Notes under the pieces: generated by a model
What the model was told of the DNA's origin: nothing
The model's input: the letters and a program-made list of their open reading frames with translations, nothing else
Database searches by the model: none
Part shown: positions 25,431 through 38,150 of the stretch, piece by piece
Numbering within the stretch: position 1 is the stretch's first letter
How the letters are laid out: every line of letters starts with the position of its first letter
Program-made: the position numbers and the translations under genes
NCBI RefSeq assembly: GCF_963921235.1
Contig: NC_086097.1
Coordinates: 34,846,001 to 34,910,000, forward strand
DNA length: 64,000 nucleotides
Origin: Mobula hypostoma
Lineage: Eukaryota
Reading direction: 5' to 3'

Positions 25431-26938
25431 TCTTTCTATATGCTACTAAAACTCTAATGCTCTGTCTGTCTGTTTGTGACCTCCAATTAGCGCAAACGGT
25501 GCAATACAGTGGCACTTTTTCTTTTGGCTAAATCGAATTAAAATGTGCTAACTTACAGAATGCAGGCAAAGTTCAGGGTTATATATTTGTATAAAATTGC
25601 TCATTCACCAAAAATCAACAGGCTGCCTTTCACCCGAGACCCGATTGGCCATCATGGAGACTGCAATGCCACAGCCCGACGCATGCGAACGGCCAGCCTC
25701 CGCGCGCCTCACGATGCTCACAGAGCCGGCTCCACCTTCCATGGAGACTGCGACGCCACAGCCCAACGCATGCGCGCGGCCAGCCTCAGCAGCTTGGAGG
25801 CTTGGTGTTACTGCTTTCTATCTTCTATCAAGCATTAGGGTAAAAATATATGGATAGCCTAATTATGCCGCGTGGAAAGAGAAGGGGGACATTATGGTCA
25901 AGAGGTGACGCACAACATCGTCGGGAAGCAGCAAGGAGAGGGAGAGAACAACAATCGGTTGAGGCCAGGGCCGCACGACTCCAGGATCAAAGAGTCAGGA
26001 CAAAAAAGATGAGGGAAGACGAGACAGGGGAGGACAGGCATGCACGTCTCCAAAATGACAACAATAGGCACAGATGGAGGAGAGAACAAGAATCCGATCA
26101 GGCCTGGGCCGCACGACTCCAGGATCAGAGAGAAAGAACAAATGGTAGAAGAAATGAAGAGACAAAGGATGAAAAGGCTGCGCGTCTCCAGAATGACAAA
26201 AACAAGCAGAGGAGGAGGAGAGAGGAAGAGACAGAGGAGAAAAGGAAAGATCAACTCGAGAATATGCGGCACAGAGTAATTATTGCGAGAGTTGCTGAAG
26301 ACGACAATGGCCGCTTTCGATGACAATACCTCGACAGAGAAGGAGCAAGGCAAAATGCACAACTCACATGCCGTCACATTTCTGCTTATGTTGCTTCGAT
26401 GACCAGAGTATGCCCTCACTGTCATGCCTTCCTATTCACTGCAGAAACCACACATTTCTGCTGTATGAAGGGAAAGGTCAGGATAGGCAATTTGCAGCCT
26501 CTATGTAATGAACTCCTCAATTTGTACAGCAATGATGAACCTATTGCAAACGAGTTCAGGAAGAACATCAGACAATATAATTGCCTCTTCCAAATGACAT
26601 CCTTTGGTGCCAAAGAAGTCATTCCAACTAGGAATCGATGGAATCCTTCTGTGATTATTCAAGGCCAAATCCATCATTACATCGGACATTTAATTCCAGA
26701 CCCGACCCAGCAAGCCCGATTCCTTCAAATTTACTTCATGGATATTTAATGTTCATTCTGATCACATATTTGTCTTGCTATGCGTCTTTCTTCTTTAATA
26801 AGCTGAGTTTTTCTTCTTTAATTTCCAAATCAAAGAGATAGCAATAGCATTCAGGAAAATTTAATGTTCATTCTGGTCACATCAGACTGCACTACCCTTC
26901 TCCCAAAGGGTGCCCCAACGGGTCACCCCGTTGTCTAG
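25431..26938 (+). mobile_element. Non-autonomous Helitron retaining the RepHel N-terminus
   Basis: A|TC 5' end; GC-rich hairpin then CTAG|T 3' end; ORF 26399-26749 CPHCHA..CCMKGKV..FRKNIRQYNCLFQMTSFGA is a typical Helitron N-terminal region; charged repeat ORF 25850-26323; no Rep or helicase motifs. Confidence 0.9.
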
Positions 26939-27179
26939 TTAACACTAACTTTGAATCATGTTTATTAATTTTATGTGTTGCAACATGCCTTACAAATCAC
27001 TAGAATATTTAAATATTTGTGTGTGTGTGTTACATATTGCATTGACTTGGTGGGATTAGAAATCTGGAATTAGTAATTGATTAATGTTACTAATAAATCT
27101 TTTTATGCCTGACTTCTGTGCTGAAGTTTTTTTAATGTGTTTTTTCTTTAGTAATTTTACTCTTTCTTGTCTATTCCAG

Positions 27180-27272
27180 CTTGTATATGAATTCTTCATT
27201 CGATTCTTAGAGAGTCAAGAATTCCAGCCCAGCATTGCCAAAAAATATGTAGATCAGAAATTTATATTGCAG
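27180..27272 (+). CDS. PPP2R5E: B56-epsilon-like coding exon C
   Basis: TTCCAG| ... |[37 protein letters not shown]. Confidence 0.95.
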
Positions 27273-27767
27273 GTATTTAAGCAAAACTGTCTTAACTGAG
27301 TAAAGAAATAATGAGATGCATTTCCTTGTATTTACTTACTATCCAAGTTACATAGCGGTTTATGAGTGTAAACTTTGTCCATTAGTTCATGGTAATTGGT
27401 GAGTAAGCTGTGAATATCATGATACTTAATGAAATTGGTATTGTAAACTTAACTCATCTATTTCAAGTTTAATATTTTGTTTTGAAAACTTACTACTGTT
27501 TTCATGTGTTCAATATACTTTAAACTACCTTTGTAAATTTTAGTATAAGTGTATAGTAATCATTGAATAGGCTTTACTATTGCTAAGATGATATATAATT
27601 AATCTTTACACAGATTAGCATGTTTACAATGGAATTATTGTATAATTATTTTTTCATGAATTTGGCAGGCCTGTTTCAAGTTTAGCATTTTTGCTTTGAA
27701 AGCATAGTACAATCAGGTGATCAAGAATGTTTATTGTACTTGTTGTGAAGTACGACTAAAAATGAGA

Positions 27768-28170
27768 TCTGTCTGGGTAGCCTCCAACCTGATAGCATCA
27801 ATATCGGTTTCTCTATCTTTGGCAATTTCTCCCTGTTCCCTCTCTTCTTTCCATTCCCCATTCTATCTCCCCTCTTTCCCTTTCTCCTCACCTGCTTGTC
27901 ACCTCCCTCTAGTAATCCTCCTCCCCTTTATCCCATGGTCCCCTCTCCTGTCTTATCACCTCCAAGTTTCTCACTTCATCACCCCCGAACCACTTACTTT
28001 CACCTATCACTACCTAGCTTCTTCTTTTTCCCCTCCTCCACCTTATTCTGACTTCTTCCCCCTTACTGTCCAGTCCTGATGAAGGGTCTCGGCCCTAAAT
28101 GTTGCACTTTATTCCTCCCTGTAGATGCTGTCTGACCTGCTGAGTTCTTTCAGTATTTTGTGTGTCCCAC
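27768..28170 (+). mobile_element. Penelope-like element 3' fragment, decayed
   Basis: CTGGGTAGCCTCCAACCTGAT, pyrimidine-rich tract, GTCCTGATGAAGGGTCTCGGCCC; homologous to 32200-32650. Confidence 0.85.
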
Positions 28171-28220
28171 ATGAGATTAAATAAAGCTGATTCTGGGGCT
28201 TCTAACTATAAAAGGAAATC

Positions 28221-29010
28221 ATAGAAACATAGAAAACCTACAGCACAATACAGGCCCTTCGGCCCACAAAGTTGTGCTGAACATGTCCCTACCTTGGAAA
28301 TTACTAGGCTTACCTATAGCCCTCTATTTTTCTAAGCTCCATGTACCTATCCAAAAGTTTCTTAAAAGACCCTATTGTATCTGCCTCCACCACTTTTGCA
28401 GGCAGCCCATTCCATGCACTTACCACTCTCTGCGTTTAAAAAAAAAACAAACTTACCCCTGACATCTCCTCTGTACCTACTCCCCAGCACCTTAAACTTG
28501 TGTCCTCTTGTGGCAACCATTTCAGCCCTGGGAAAAAGCCTCTGACTATCCAAACAATCAATGCCTCTGATCATCTTATACACCTCTATCAGGTCACCTG
28601 TCATCCTCCATCTCTCCAAGGAGAAAAGGCCGAGTTCACTCAACCTATTCTCATAAGGCATGCTCCCCAATCCAGGCAACATCCTTGTAAATTTCCTCTG
28701 CACCCTTTCTATTGTTTCCACATCCTTCCTGTAGTGAGGCGATCAGAACTGAGCACAGTACTCCAAGTGGGGTCTGACCAGGGTCCTATATAGCTGCAAC
28801 ATTACCTCTCGGCTCCTAAATTCAACTCCACAATTGATGAAGGCCAATACACCGTATGCCTTCTTAACCACAGAGTCAACCTGTGCAGCTGCTTTGAGCA
28901 TCCTATGGACTCGGACCCCAAGATCCCACTGATCCTCCACACTGCCAAGAGTCTTACCATTAATACTATATTCTGCCATCATATTTGACCTACCAAAATG
29001 AACCACTTCA
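28221..29010 (-). mobile_element. CR1 LINE 3' part
   Basis: LYRTLVRPHLEYCAQF and ERVQRKFTRMLPGL; ATAGAAACATAGAAAAC tail; same subfamily as 58123-60072. Confidence 0.92.
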
Positions 29011-29144
29011 GATCTTTTATTTCTTTTACCATGCTTTTTTTTCCAAGAAATTAGCAATATACTCTGACCGAACACATGGTATGTTTTATGCTCTTGTATG
29101 CTTGTGTGCTCTATTTGAAATTGGCACCTTTTGCAGATAACTTC

Positions 29145-29734
29145 TGTAACCCTGAGGTTTGGCTAGCATGCGTTTGTCTAGGAGAAGACAGCCTCTGGTC
29201 CAGCCAAACTGAGAAATCTCGTTTTGTGTGGATGCTGCATGATGTGTTGCCCGGTTACAATTCCGAACCGCAAAATATCAGGCAGTACACCATATGCAAT
29301 TCAATGATTGAACTTTATAAATTTTAATCTGACTGTAGGGTTAGTAAAAAAAGTTTAAAAAGGGGCCCATTTTAATGAAGCAGTCTAATTTGCACGTTGG
29401 AGCTCACAGATTCGTCCATTTGTTCCCCATCAACCTCCTCCAAGCGTCACTGACTGTTGGACCCCCACTCTGAGTCCACTTTGTCCGCCGGTCTGCCAAC
29501 TCTTTCCATTTACGTCTTCTCTCTTCATCTCCTACCGACAAAGGACTGTGAAATCCCTGCTCTTAGACCCACAAGAAAGAACAGCATGCCTCTCATTGGC
29601 TAGCACACATTCCAAAGCCCCCGTTATCTCTAGTCATAACCCAAACATTGCCGCTACTGAGAAACCATTACTTTACCAGTGAAATATTACAGAGAGGCTA
29701 TTACATAAGCAGTGAAGCTTTACAGTGTGTTACA
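29145..29734. mobile_element. Probable solo LTR (590 bp)
   Basis: TGTAAC...GTTACA termini; 4-bp flanks CTTC/TTTC (one mismatch); internal similarity to 38570-39110. Confidence 0.65.
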
Positions 29735-30363
29735 TTTCATTACATGGATAAATAGATTTGGGGTTCTATTAAATCTTGTACTTGTGATGTGACCAATTAA
29801 GGCAGCATTGAATTTTGTGCTGGCCACGATACTCCTGTGGCTGACGTTGAAGTTCACAGATATGGGTTGACAGAGATAAAACAAAAATCAGTATTCCTAA
29901 CAACTACGGAATTTCAAATCATTAGATCTGTTTTATCCTTGGAATTGCCTTATTGCTGCTCTTTAGAGTATTTTATTTAATCTTTCCCCCATTTAGGGGA
30001 TACTTCCTTGAACAAGTTATTCTTTGGATTTGACTTCTACATTTTTATGACTTGTGTAGCTTCTTTGTGGGATTTGAAGGTTCATTGCTAATCTGTCACT
30101 CATCTGGCTCTGTATGAAACTAGGATCTGATGATTATCTACCTGTGCAGATTTCAAAAGTGTTGAGCCCTGCTGTTTGATTTTTGCTCCTTTAATTAAAC
30201 TACTTTTTAGTTTCAAGTGATTTGAACTAATCTGATATGAGTATTTGTTTCATTGCTTATTTTAGGGGATTGCTGTTTCTTCATATGTAATGATTTCAGT
30301 GTTCAAGCTGCTGAATTGAAACCCCATAATATTTACAGCAAAGATTTGTTTGTTACTTTTCAG

Positions 30364-30494
30364 CTTTTGGAGCTGTTCAACAGTGAAGATCCTCGGGAGC
30401 GAGACTATCTGAAGACCGTCTTACACAGAATCTATGGAAAGTTTCTTGGACTTAGGGCGTTTATTCGAAAACAAATTAACAATATTTTTCTACA
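30364..30494 (+). CDS. PPP2R5E: B56-epsilon-like coding exon D
   Basis: TTTCAG| ... [51 protein letters not shown](Q); ends in phase 2. Confidence 0.95.
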
Positions 30495-31232
30495 GTAAGT
30501 ATATATTTTCCTTGTCAGCTGTTGCTTCCAAAGTAATTAAACATTATTTCAAATATTTACTATTTGTACTTTTTTAGACTTGGAGAGGAATATTACTTAC
30601 TCAACCCGATTTTATAAACATGGTATTTCCTTCTACCAAATTTAATAGATTTATTCATAGGTCATAGTGGCTACACTGAGGAACGTAAACCCAAAACTTG
30701 TTACGAGGAAAATTGCAATAGCATAAGGTTACAAATTATACTTTGGACAGTTTTCTGGACCAACAAAGCTATAAGATAATTGAGAGCAATTAAATATAAC
30801 CCTTAACATTAGCTGTGTCATTACAGTTGTCACCATTGGGACTAATTGGGGAATTCTTGAAGAAAGAATTGATCTCTAAGTTTGAATAATTCTGCTGAAT
30901 TGATCTTTGTTTAAAAGGTCCTTCCGGTAAGAGGCTGGAATCTTCCTAAATTTCCATTAAAACTGTTTCTAATCTGGCCAGTGACAAATCAGTCAGACTG
31001 AACTTCAAGGCAAAGTTTTCCTATCTTTTTGTTCCTCAAACGCTTTAAGTTGCTGATTTTAACAATTAAGTTCAAAAATGTATAATATACCTCCTGGGCT
31101 CTCCTGGAACACACTTAGAGACCCTTAGATGGGCACATGAATGAAATAAAAGTAGTGGGCTATGTGGGAGGAAAGCATTAGATCAATCTTGGAGATCGGC
31201 ATGACATTGTGGGCTGAAGAGGCTGTATTGTA

Positions 31233-32650
31233 ACTCGTTGACTTTATTAACTTTGCCTCCAACTTTCACCCTGCCCTCAAGTTTACCTGGTCCATTTCCG
31301 ACACCTCCCTCCCCTTTCTAGATCTTTCTGTCTCTGTCTCTGGAGACAGCTTATCCACTGATGTCTACTATAAGCCTACTGACTCTCACAGCTATCTGGA
31401 CTATTCCTCTTCTCACCCTGTCTCTTGCAAAAACGCCATCCCCTTCTCGCAATTCCTCCGTCTCCACCGCATCTGCTCTCAGGATGAGGCTTTTCATTCT
31501 AGGACGAGGGAGATGTCTTCATTTTTTAAAGAAAGGGGCTTCCCTTCCTCCACTATCAACTCTGCTCTTAAACGCATCTCCCCCATTTCACGTACATCTG
31601 CTCTCACTCCATCCTCCCACCACCCCACTAGGAATGGGGTTCCCCTGGTCCTCACCTACCACCCCACCAGCCTCCGGGTCCAACATATTATTCTCCGTAA
31701 CTTCCGCCACCTCCAACGGGATCCCACCACTAAGCATATCTTTCCCTCCTCCCCTCTCTCTGCATTCCGCAGGGATCACTCCCTACACAACTCCCTTGTC
31801 CATTCGTCCCCCCCATCCCTCCCCACTGATCTCCCTCCTGGCACTTATCCGTGTAAGCGGAACAAGTGCTACACATGCCCTTACACTTCCTCCCTTACCA
31901 CCATTCAGGGCCCCAAACAGTCCTTCCAGGTGAGGCATCACTTCACCTGTGAGTCGACTGGGGTGATATACTGCGTCCGGTGCTCCCGATGTGGCCTTTT
32001 ATATATTGGTGAGACCCGACGCAGACTGGGAGACCGCTTTGCTGAACATCTACGCTCTGTCCGCCAGAGAAAGCAGGATCTCCCAGTGGCCACACATTTT
32101 AATTCCACATCCCATTCCCATTCTGACATGTCTATCCACGGCCTCCTCTACTGTAAAGATGAAGCCACACTCAGGTTGGAGGAACAACACCTTATATTCC
32201 GTATGGGTAGCCTCCAACCTGATGGCATGAACATTGACTTCTCTAACTTCCGCTAGGCCCCACCTCCCCCTCGTACCCCATCTGTTACTCTTTTTTATGC
32301 ACACATTCTTTCTCTCACTCTCCTTTTTCTCCCTCTGTCCCTCTGAATATACCTCTTGCCCATCCTCTGGGTCACCCCCCCCCGTCTTTCTTCCCGGACC
32401 TCCTGTCCCATGATCCTCTCGTATCCCCTTCTGCCTATCACCTGTCCAGCTCTCGGCTCTATCCCTCCCCCTCCTGTCTTCTCCTATCATTTTGCATCTC
32501 CCCCTCCCCCTCCAGCTTTCAAATCCCTTACTCACTCTTCCTTCAGTTAGTCCTGACGAAGGGTCTCGGCCTGAAACGTCGACTGCACCTCTTCCTATAG
32601 ATGCTGCCTGGCCTGCTGCGTTCACCAGCAACTTTGATGTGTGTTGCTTG
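31233..32650 (+). mobile_element. Penelope-like element (Neptune-type), 5'-truncated, young
   Basis: Open frame through the RT C-terminus (DVYYKPTDSHSYL..SSHP), Cys linker CKRNKCYTC..FTCES and GIY-YIG nuclease (VIYCVRC..YIGET..R..EH..E); inserted into a CR1 tail. Confidence 0.93.
32549..32584 (+). ncRNA. Minimal type I hammerhead ribozyme motif, intact core
   Basis: AGTC-CTGACGA-AGG-GTCTCGG-CCT-GAAA-CG-TC-GACT: stem I AGTC/GACT, stem II AGG/CCT, palindromic ACGT in place of stem III, GUC cleavage triplet. Confidence 0.85.
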
Positions 32651-32954
32651 TACTGTTCTGTTTTGTGTTCTGTGTGTCCTTTTCTGGTTTGTTCATGCCA
32701 CTTTGTTTTATGGCCCATTTGAATATCCCCACTTCGGCAGAGCAGTTGTCATGCCAAGCTGTAAGGTATAGAATAGGATAATTTCTGTAGTACATTGATC
32801 AAAAATTGATGAGGGTCAATGGAGACATTGTGAATTTCCTTAGCATTGTGAGGAACTAGATGCACCGCTGTGCTTTCATGGCCATAGTATCACTGCAGTT
32901 GGGCCAGGACAAGCTGGTATTTATATTTAGGAATGTGAAACTTACAAAGATGAA

Positions 32955-33270
32955 GTGGCGGCACAGTAGAATAGTGGTTAGCGTAACGCTGTACAGTGCC
33001 AGCAATCTGGTTTCAATTCTTGCTGTTGCTTATAATGAGTTTATACGTTCTCCCTGTGATGGCATGAGCTTCCTCTGGGTGATCTGGTTTCCTCCCACAT
33101 TGCAAAGATGTACGGGTTGGAGTTAGCAAGTTGTGGGCATGCTATTTTGGTGCTGGAAATATAACACTTGTGGGCTGGCTGCAGCATATCCTCATGCTGT
33201 TGGTTGTTGATGCAAATGATATATTCTGCTGTATGTTTTGATGTACATGTGACAAATAAACCTAATCTTT
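32955..33270 (+). mobile_element. V-SINE/HE1-like SINE
   Basis: GGCGGCACAGTAG..TAGTGGTTAGC head, CTGGTTTCCTCCCACA core, ACAAATAAA tail; inside a LINE remnant. Confidence 0.8.
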
Positions 33271-34296
33271 TCATCTCCACCTCAGCATTATTGATACCTA
33301 CAAGGGCTGCTTCCTGAAGTCAGTGAATGGCCAGCTCTTTTGTTTTGCTGACATTGAGGAAAAAGTGGCCTAAATTGTCCTAAAGCTACATGTGCTCTTC
33401 TGGTCCTCCTTTTGCGATGGGCAATAAGGTGTTTGCCCATTATCTATTTTATTTGTTTTAACTATCTTGTCTTTTTTGTTTAAAAGGTCAAAATTTTGCA
33501 CCTAAGAGTGGGTGAACAATGTGACTAAATCACAAGCTGAAGGTGGCTTTGCTGTCCTGTCAAGTTGCTCAATGTTTTAAGACCGTTGTGGAGGATAGAC
33601 ATCCCTGTCTTGCTCCATATTGCCAACTCTTAAACTACTTTCTGACTTGTATCATGTACAGGTGTTACTGATTTTATTATCAAATCCATTGACTTCCTTA
33701 CTGCTTTGAAAACAAACACAAATTCTTATCTAATGTTTTTGAAGTAACAAAATATCCTAAGGCAGTTCATGAGAGTAATCAATTCTAATTTGGAACTACA
33801 TAAAATGAGGGAAATTTGAAACTTTGTCAAAAATAGCTGTCATGCAGGAAAGGAAAAGCTGGAAAAGTAATGATTCAGGAAGGCAATTCCAGAGCTTCAG
33901 TTCAGTATGGCTGAACGGACATCAGAGGGAGAATGAATGGGGGCCATGATGAACAAGCGGAGTTGATTGGGGAGTGGGGTGGTGGTGTTGGGGAAAGGGG
34001 ACTAAACAATAGAATATATTATACTCTAAATGTTTGTCAGTGAACTGAGAAAAGAATCAAAAGTCCATTTTGAGGCAAACAAAAGAACATAGAAAGTAAA
34101 TACCTGATTTGTTGGTCACACCACATTCTTTCTTGAAAAGACGGTAGTTGTCACATGTTGGGCAACCAAATAAAACATTGAAACCAAAGTTACTTGGAGA
34201 AAGAAAAATATTAAATTCACTGTGAAAATACTAGTGTTCATGTTTTTATTTTTTATTTTCTTTGTTGCTCATGGTTAACTTGTATTTTCTTTGCAG

Positions 34297-34356
34297 ATTT
34301 GTTTATGAAACAGAACATTTTAATGGTGTAGCTGAGCTTCTGGAAATATTAGGAAG
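34297..34356 (+). CDS. PPP2R5E: B56-epsilon-like coding exon E
   Basis: TTGCAG| ... AG|GTAAAA; (Q)[19 protein letters not shown](S); phases match both neighbours. Confidence 0.95.
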
Positions 34357-34371
34357 GTAAAAATATTAATT

Positions 34372-34622
34372 TCCATCCTGTCCAGCCCTTTATCTTTCCT
34401 ATTCACCTGGCTTCACCTACCACCTTCTAACTATCCTCCTTCCCCTCTCCCCACCTTTTTACTCTGGAGTTTTTCCCCTTCCTTTCCTGTCCTGAAGAAG
34501 GGTCTTGGCCCGAAAGGTTGTCTATTTATTAATTTCCATAGATGCTGCCTGACCTGCTGAATTACTTCACCGTTTTATGTGTGTTGCTTTGGATTTCCAG
34601 CATCTGCAGAATTTTTTGTGTT
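34372..34622 (+). mobile_element. Penelope-like 3' fragment just downstream of exon E
   Basis: Pyrimidine tract, GTCCTGAAGAAGGGTCTTGGCCCGAAAG, long tail TTTCCAGCATCTGCAGA. Confidence 0.85.
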
Positions 34623-35479
34623 AAAGGTTTTTTCTAATTGTTTCAACTTTTCCTACTGGATTACACTTGCACAATATTCTGGTACCTCTCCAAAATGGTT
34701 GTTCCTTTTGTCCACGTCAAAGTAGGAAGTGTCAGGTGGCAATTTCTTTAAGGAAGCATTGGGACCAAACCTCACCAACTATTTAAACTCATTTTCATCA
34801 TTTAGCATTCTTTAATGTGTACTGAGAAAAACTTATCAAGAGATGGACAATTTTGAATGCATCAACAATGCATTAGTAAAATGCCAAAACTGTAGTGCAG
34901 CTGATATTATAAATATTATGTACTGCTTTTTATTGTAAATGAATATTAAACAATTCGTAATTAGTTCATGCTGACCTACATTTCTTGGTCTCCAAGGCAG
35001 TGAAAGACAATGAAAGAAATGAGGCAAAAGTGAAAATGGAGATTGAAGATTTCTCATATTGAACATCAATGCCTCACTGTTTATCTTCATAAAATACTGT
35101 CAGTTTTGGTGGTTTAGTTGGGCTTTCTGCAATCTGGTGTAGTATTTTCCTTATAGAGCATGGAGGATTTTCAAATTAGAATTAATATTACTGTATGAGA
35201 TTTCAAATTTTGCCATTCTTGTTAGAGTTGCAGATGTTTTAACCCTTTATTATAATTTGTGATGAAATAGGAATCTTAACTATGATTTATTTAATTTGAA
35301 CATAACATGGACAAATACTTGATGTTTAGAAAAATACTTATTAATATACCTTGTTCAAGATACTCATTTTTAGATAGAAGCTGTTTCTATGCCACATCCT
35401 TTTTAAAATTTCTAAAGACTGAACTTTGGTATGTAAGTCTACTGAATAAAGTAGATAACTTTTTCTCTTTCCATTACAG

Positions 35480-35588
35480 TATAATAAATGGGTTTGCATT
35501 GCCTCTCAAGGCTGAACACAAGCAATTTCTGATCAAGGTGCTGCTGCCTTTACATACTGTGAGGAGTTTATCACTTTTCCACGCACAG
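35480..35588 (+). CDS. PPP2R5E: B56-epsilon-like coding exon F
   Basis: TTACAG| ... |GTAGGG; (S)[36 protein letters not shown]. Confidence 0.95.
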
Positions 35589-36479
35589 GTAGGGATGATG
35601 CTTGACTTCTTTATAATATGGTTTACTTATACCTTATTTATTCAGCTAAATACAGAGTAAAAGAATTCTCTATTCTTTTGGTGGATAAAAAAGTCACACT
35701 GGAAAAGGTAAATTTGAGAACTTTGCTATAACTGCCAAATCTGATGAATTCTCAATGTATTGTATACTAAGCTTTTATGAAGGGAATTTCACTTCGGGAT
35801 ACAGAGTTAATTGTTTTCTGCTGTAGAAACTATTTCAGATAGAGATATGGCTATTTATTGGTTCCCTTAACAACTGACAATTGGCTTTTCAGATTGTTTT
35901 TGTTCTCCTCATATTTTTGTAGCCTTTCTTTCTCCCAAAGTTGCCAAACATAAAATAGAGCAGTTTATAGATTTTTATTGGCATTACGTCTCTGAGTTGG
36001 TTTCAAGCCCATTTGTCTCAAACTTACCCTGTAGTCATTTCAAACAACTCTGGATCTATTATGTGTTCTTCTGAGTGATCAACTTGTACAAATCTTTGCT
36101 TGTTTTCCATGATCTCATGACTTCAGTGTGTTGTTTGCTTGGAATTCTGCATGGAGTTTATTTGATATGCTCTTTCAGCTTGTATAGTTCATTGTGAAAA
36201 ATAGTATAATGGAGAATATTCCAGTATTAAATGAAAGGTGTCTTGATTCCTTGAATTGCTTTTGTCAATGATTGAGTTGCAACCTTTAAAATCCACTGTA
36301 GAAATTTTGAAATATACTGGTTTTCTGATAGTATCTCACGAACATATTCACAACACAGTTGTCAAGGCCAAAAATAAGCAGTCACCCTATACTTGGATGT
36401 ATTGTCATTTTGAGTCTTGGTGACAGATTAAATTCAGCAAGGAGGTAACACCTGCATTCTGCCCAGGTTGTTTGATAGC

Positions 36480-38150
36480 AAGTTAATTCAGTGTTTGAGA
36501 ATATCAGATAGGCTGATGATCCAGCCAAATGAAGGGTGACTGGAGTGATACAATCACAGTCACTAAAAAGGTAATGATCAACAAACTAGTGGGTCTAAAG
36601 GTGGACAAATTCCCTGGTCCTGAGGGGTCCATCCCAGGGTCTTGAAAGAAATGGTGGAAATTATAGCAGATAATTTACAAAAATTCTCTGGAGTATGGGC
36701 AGGTCCTATTGGCATATTGGAAAACAGCCAATATCATGCCATTGTTTATAAAATAATGTAGGCAAACGGTGGTTAACTAGAGGCCAGTTAGCTTAATGTC
36801 TGTAGAGAGGAAAATGCTTGAAGCTATCATCAAAGAAGAAATAGTGAAGCATTTGGATAGAAATAGTTCTGTCAGGAGGATACAGCTTGGATTCATGAAG
36901 ATGAATTCATGCCCTGTTTGACAAAGTTACTGGAATTCTTTGCAGATATAGTGAGCTCAGTGGATAGAATGGAACAGGTGGTTATTGTGTACTTGTATTT
37001 CCAGATGGCATTTGATAAGGTACTGTATAAAAGACTGATCCATAAGATAAGGATCTATGGAGTTGGGGGTAATGTATTAACATGGATAGAGGATTAATTA
37101 ACAAATGGAAGGCAGAGGGTTGGAATAAATGGGTGTTTCTCTGGCTAGCAGTCGGTGGTGAGTGGAATGCTGTAAGAATCAATGTTGGGCCCACAACTGT
37201 TCATGACATATATGTTTGGAAGAGGGTTTAGAGTGTAGTATGTCTAAAGATTTGCCGATGTCACTAACTTATGTGGAACAGCAAAAAGTGCAAAGGATGC
37301 AGAGAGAGATAGCTGGATTAAATGAGTGGGAATGGATCTGGGAGATGGAGAACAACATTGCAAATTGTGTGATCATCCTCTTTGGAAGGAAAAATAGAAG
37401 ATCAGATTATTTAAATGCTGTTGTTCAATAGGATTTGGGATTGCAGGAAGTTGGTTTGCAGGTGCAGCAGATTATCAAGTAGACAATTGTTGGCCATCAT
37501 TGCTAAAGGGATTGAATTTAAGAGCAGGGAGGTAATGCTGCAACTGTACTGGTACTGGTGAGGCCACAGCTGGAATATAGTGTGCAGTTCTGGTCTCCTT
37601 ACTTCAGGAAAAGCATACTGGTTTTGGAGGCCTTGCAGAGGAGGTTCACCAAGTTGATTCTGGAGATGAAGTGGTTAACCTTTGAGGAGAGATTGAGCCA
37701 CCTGGAAGTATACTCGCTGGAACAGAATGAGATCTTATTGAAACAACTTTCCTGCCTCTGTCTCATCTATTCCTCTCATATAGATCTATGGAAGAAATAT
37801 ATAAGAGAGGCAGAAAAGTTGTTTCCACTGGTAAATGAGATGAGAACTAGGGGATGTCCCCTCAAGATTTAGGGGAATAGATTTAGGACAGAGATGAGGA
37901 GAAACTGCTTTTCTCAGAGAATAGTGAATCTGTCAAATTCTCTGCCAAGGGAAGCAGCAGACACTACTTCAACAGATATATTTAAGACATAGTTACATAC
38001 TGTAGAAGTTTGCACAGCAGAGGAATTCAGGGTTATTGGGGGAAAAATGGGTAGGTGGATCTGAGTCCACAGCCAGATCAGCCAAAATTCTTATTGAATG
38101 GTGGAGTAGGCTAAACAAGCCAGATGGCCGACTGCTGCTCCTATATCAGA
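36480..38150 (+). mobile_element. Old CR1 LINE, heavily decayed
   Basis: CLTKLLEFF, YLYFQMAFDKV and RPQLEYSVQFWSP motifs. Confidence 0.88.

Noticed and set aside
25850..26323. Charged repeat ORF as a captured host gene
   Set aside because: It directly precedes the Helitron Cys-rich segment and fits the repetitive RepHel N-terminus.
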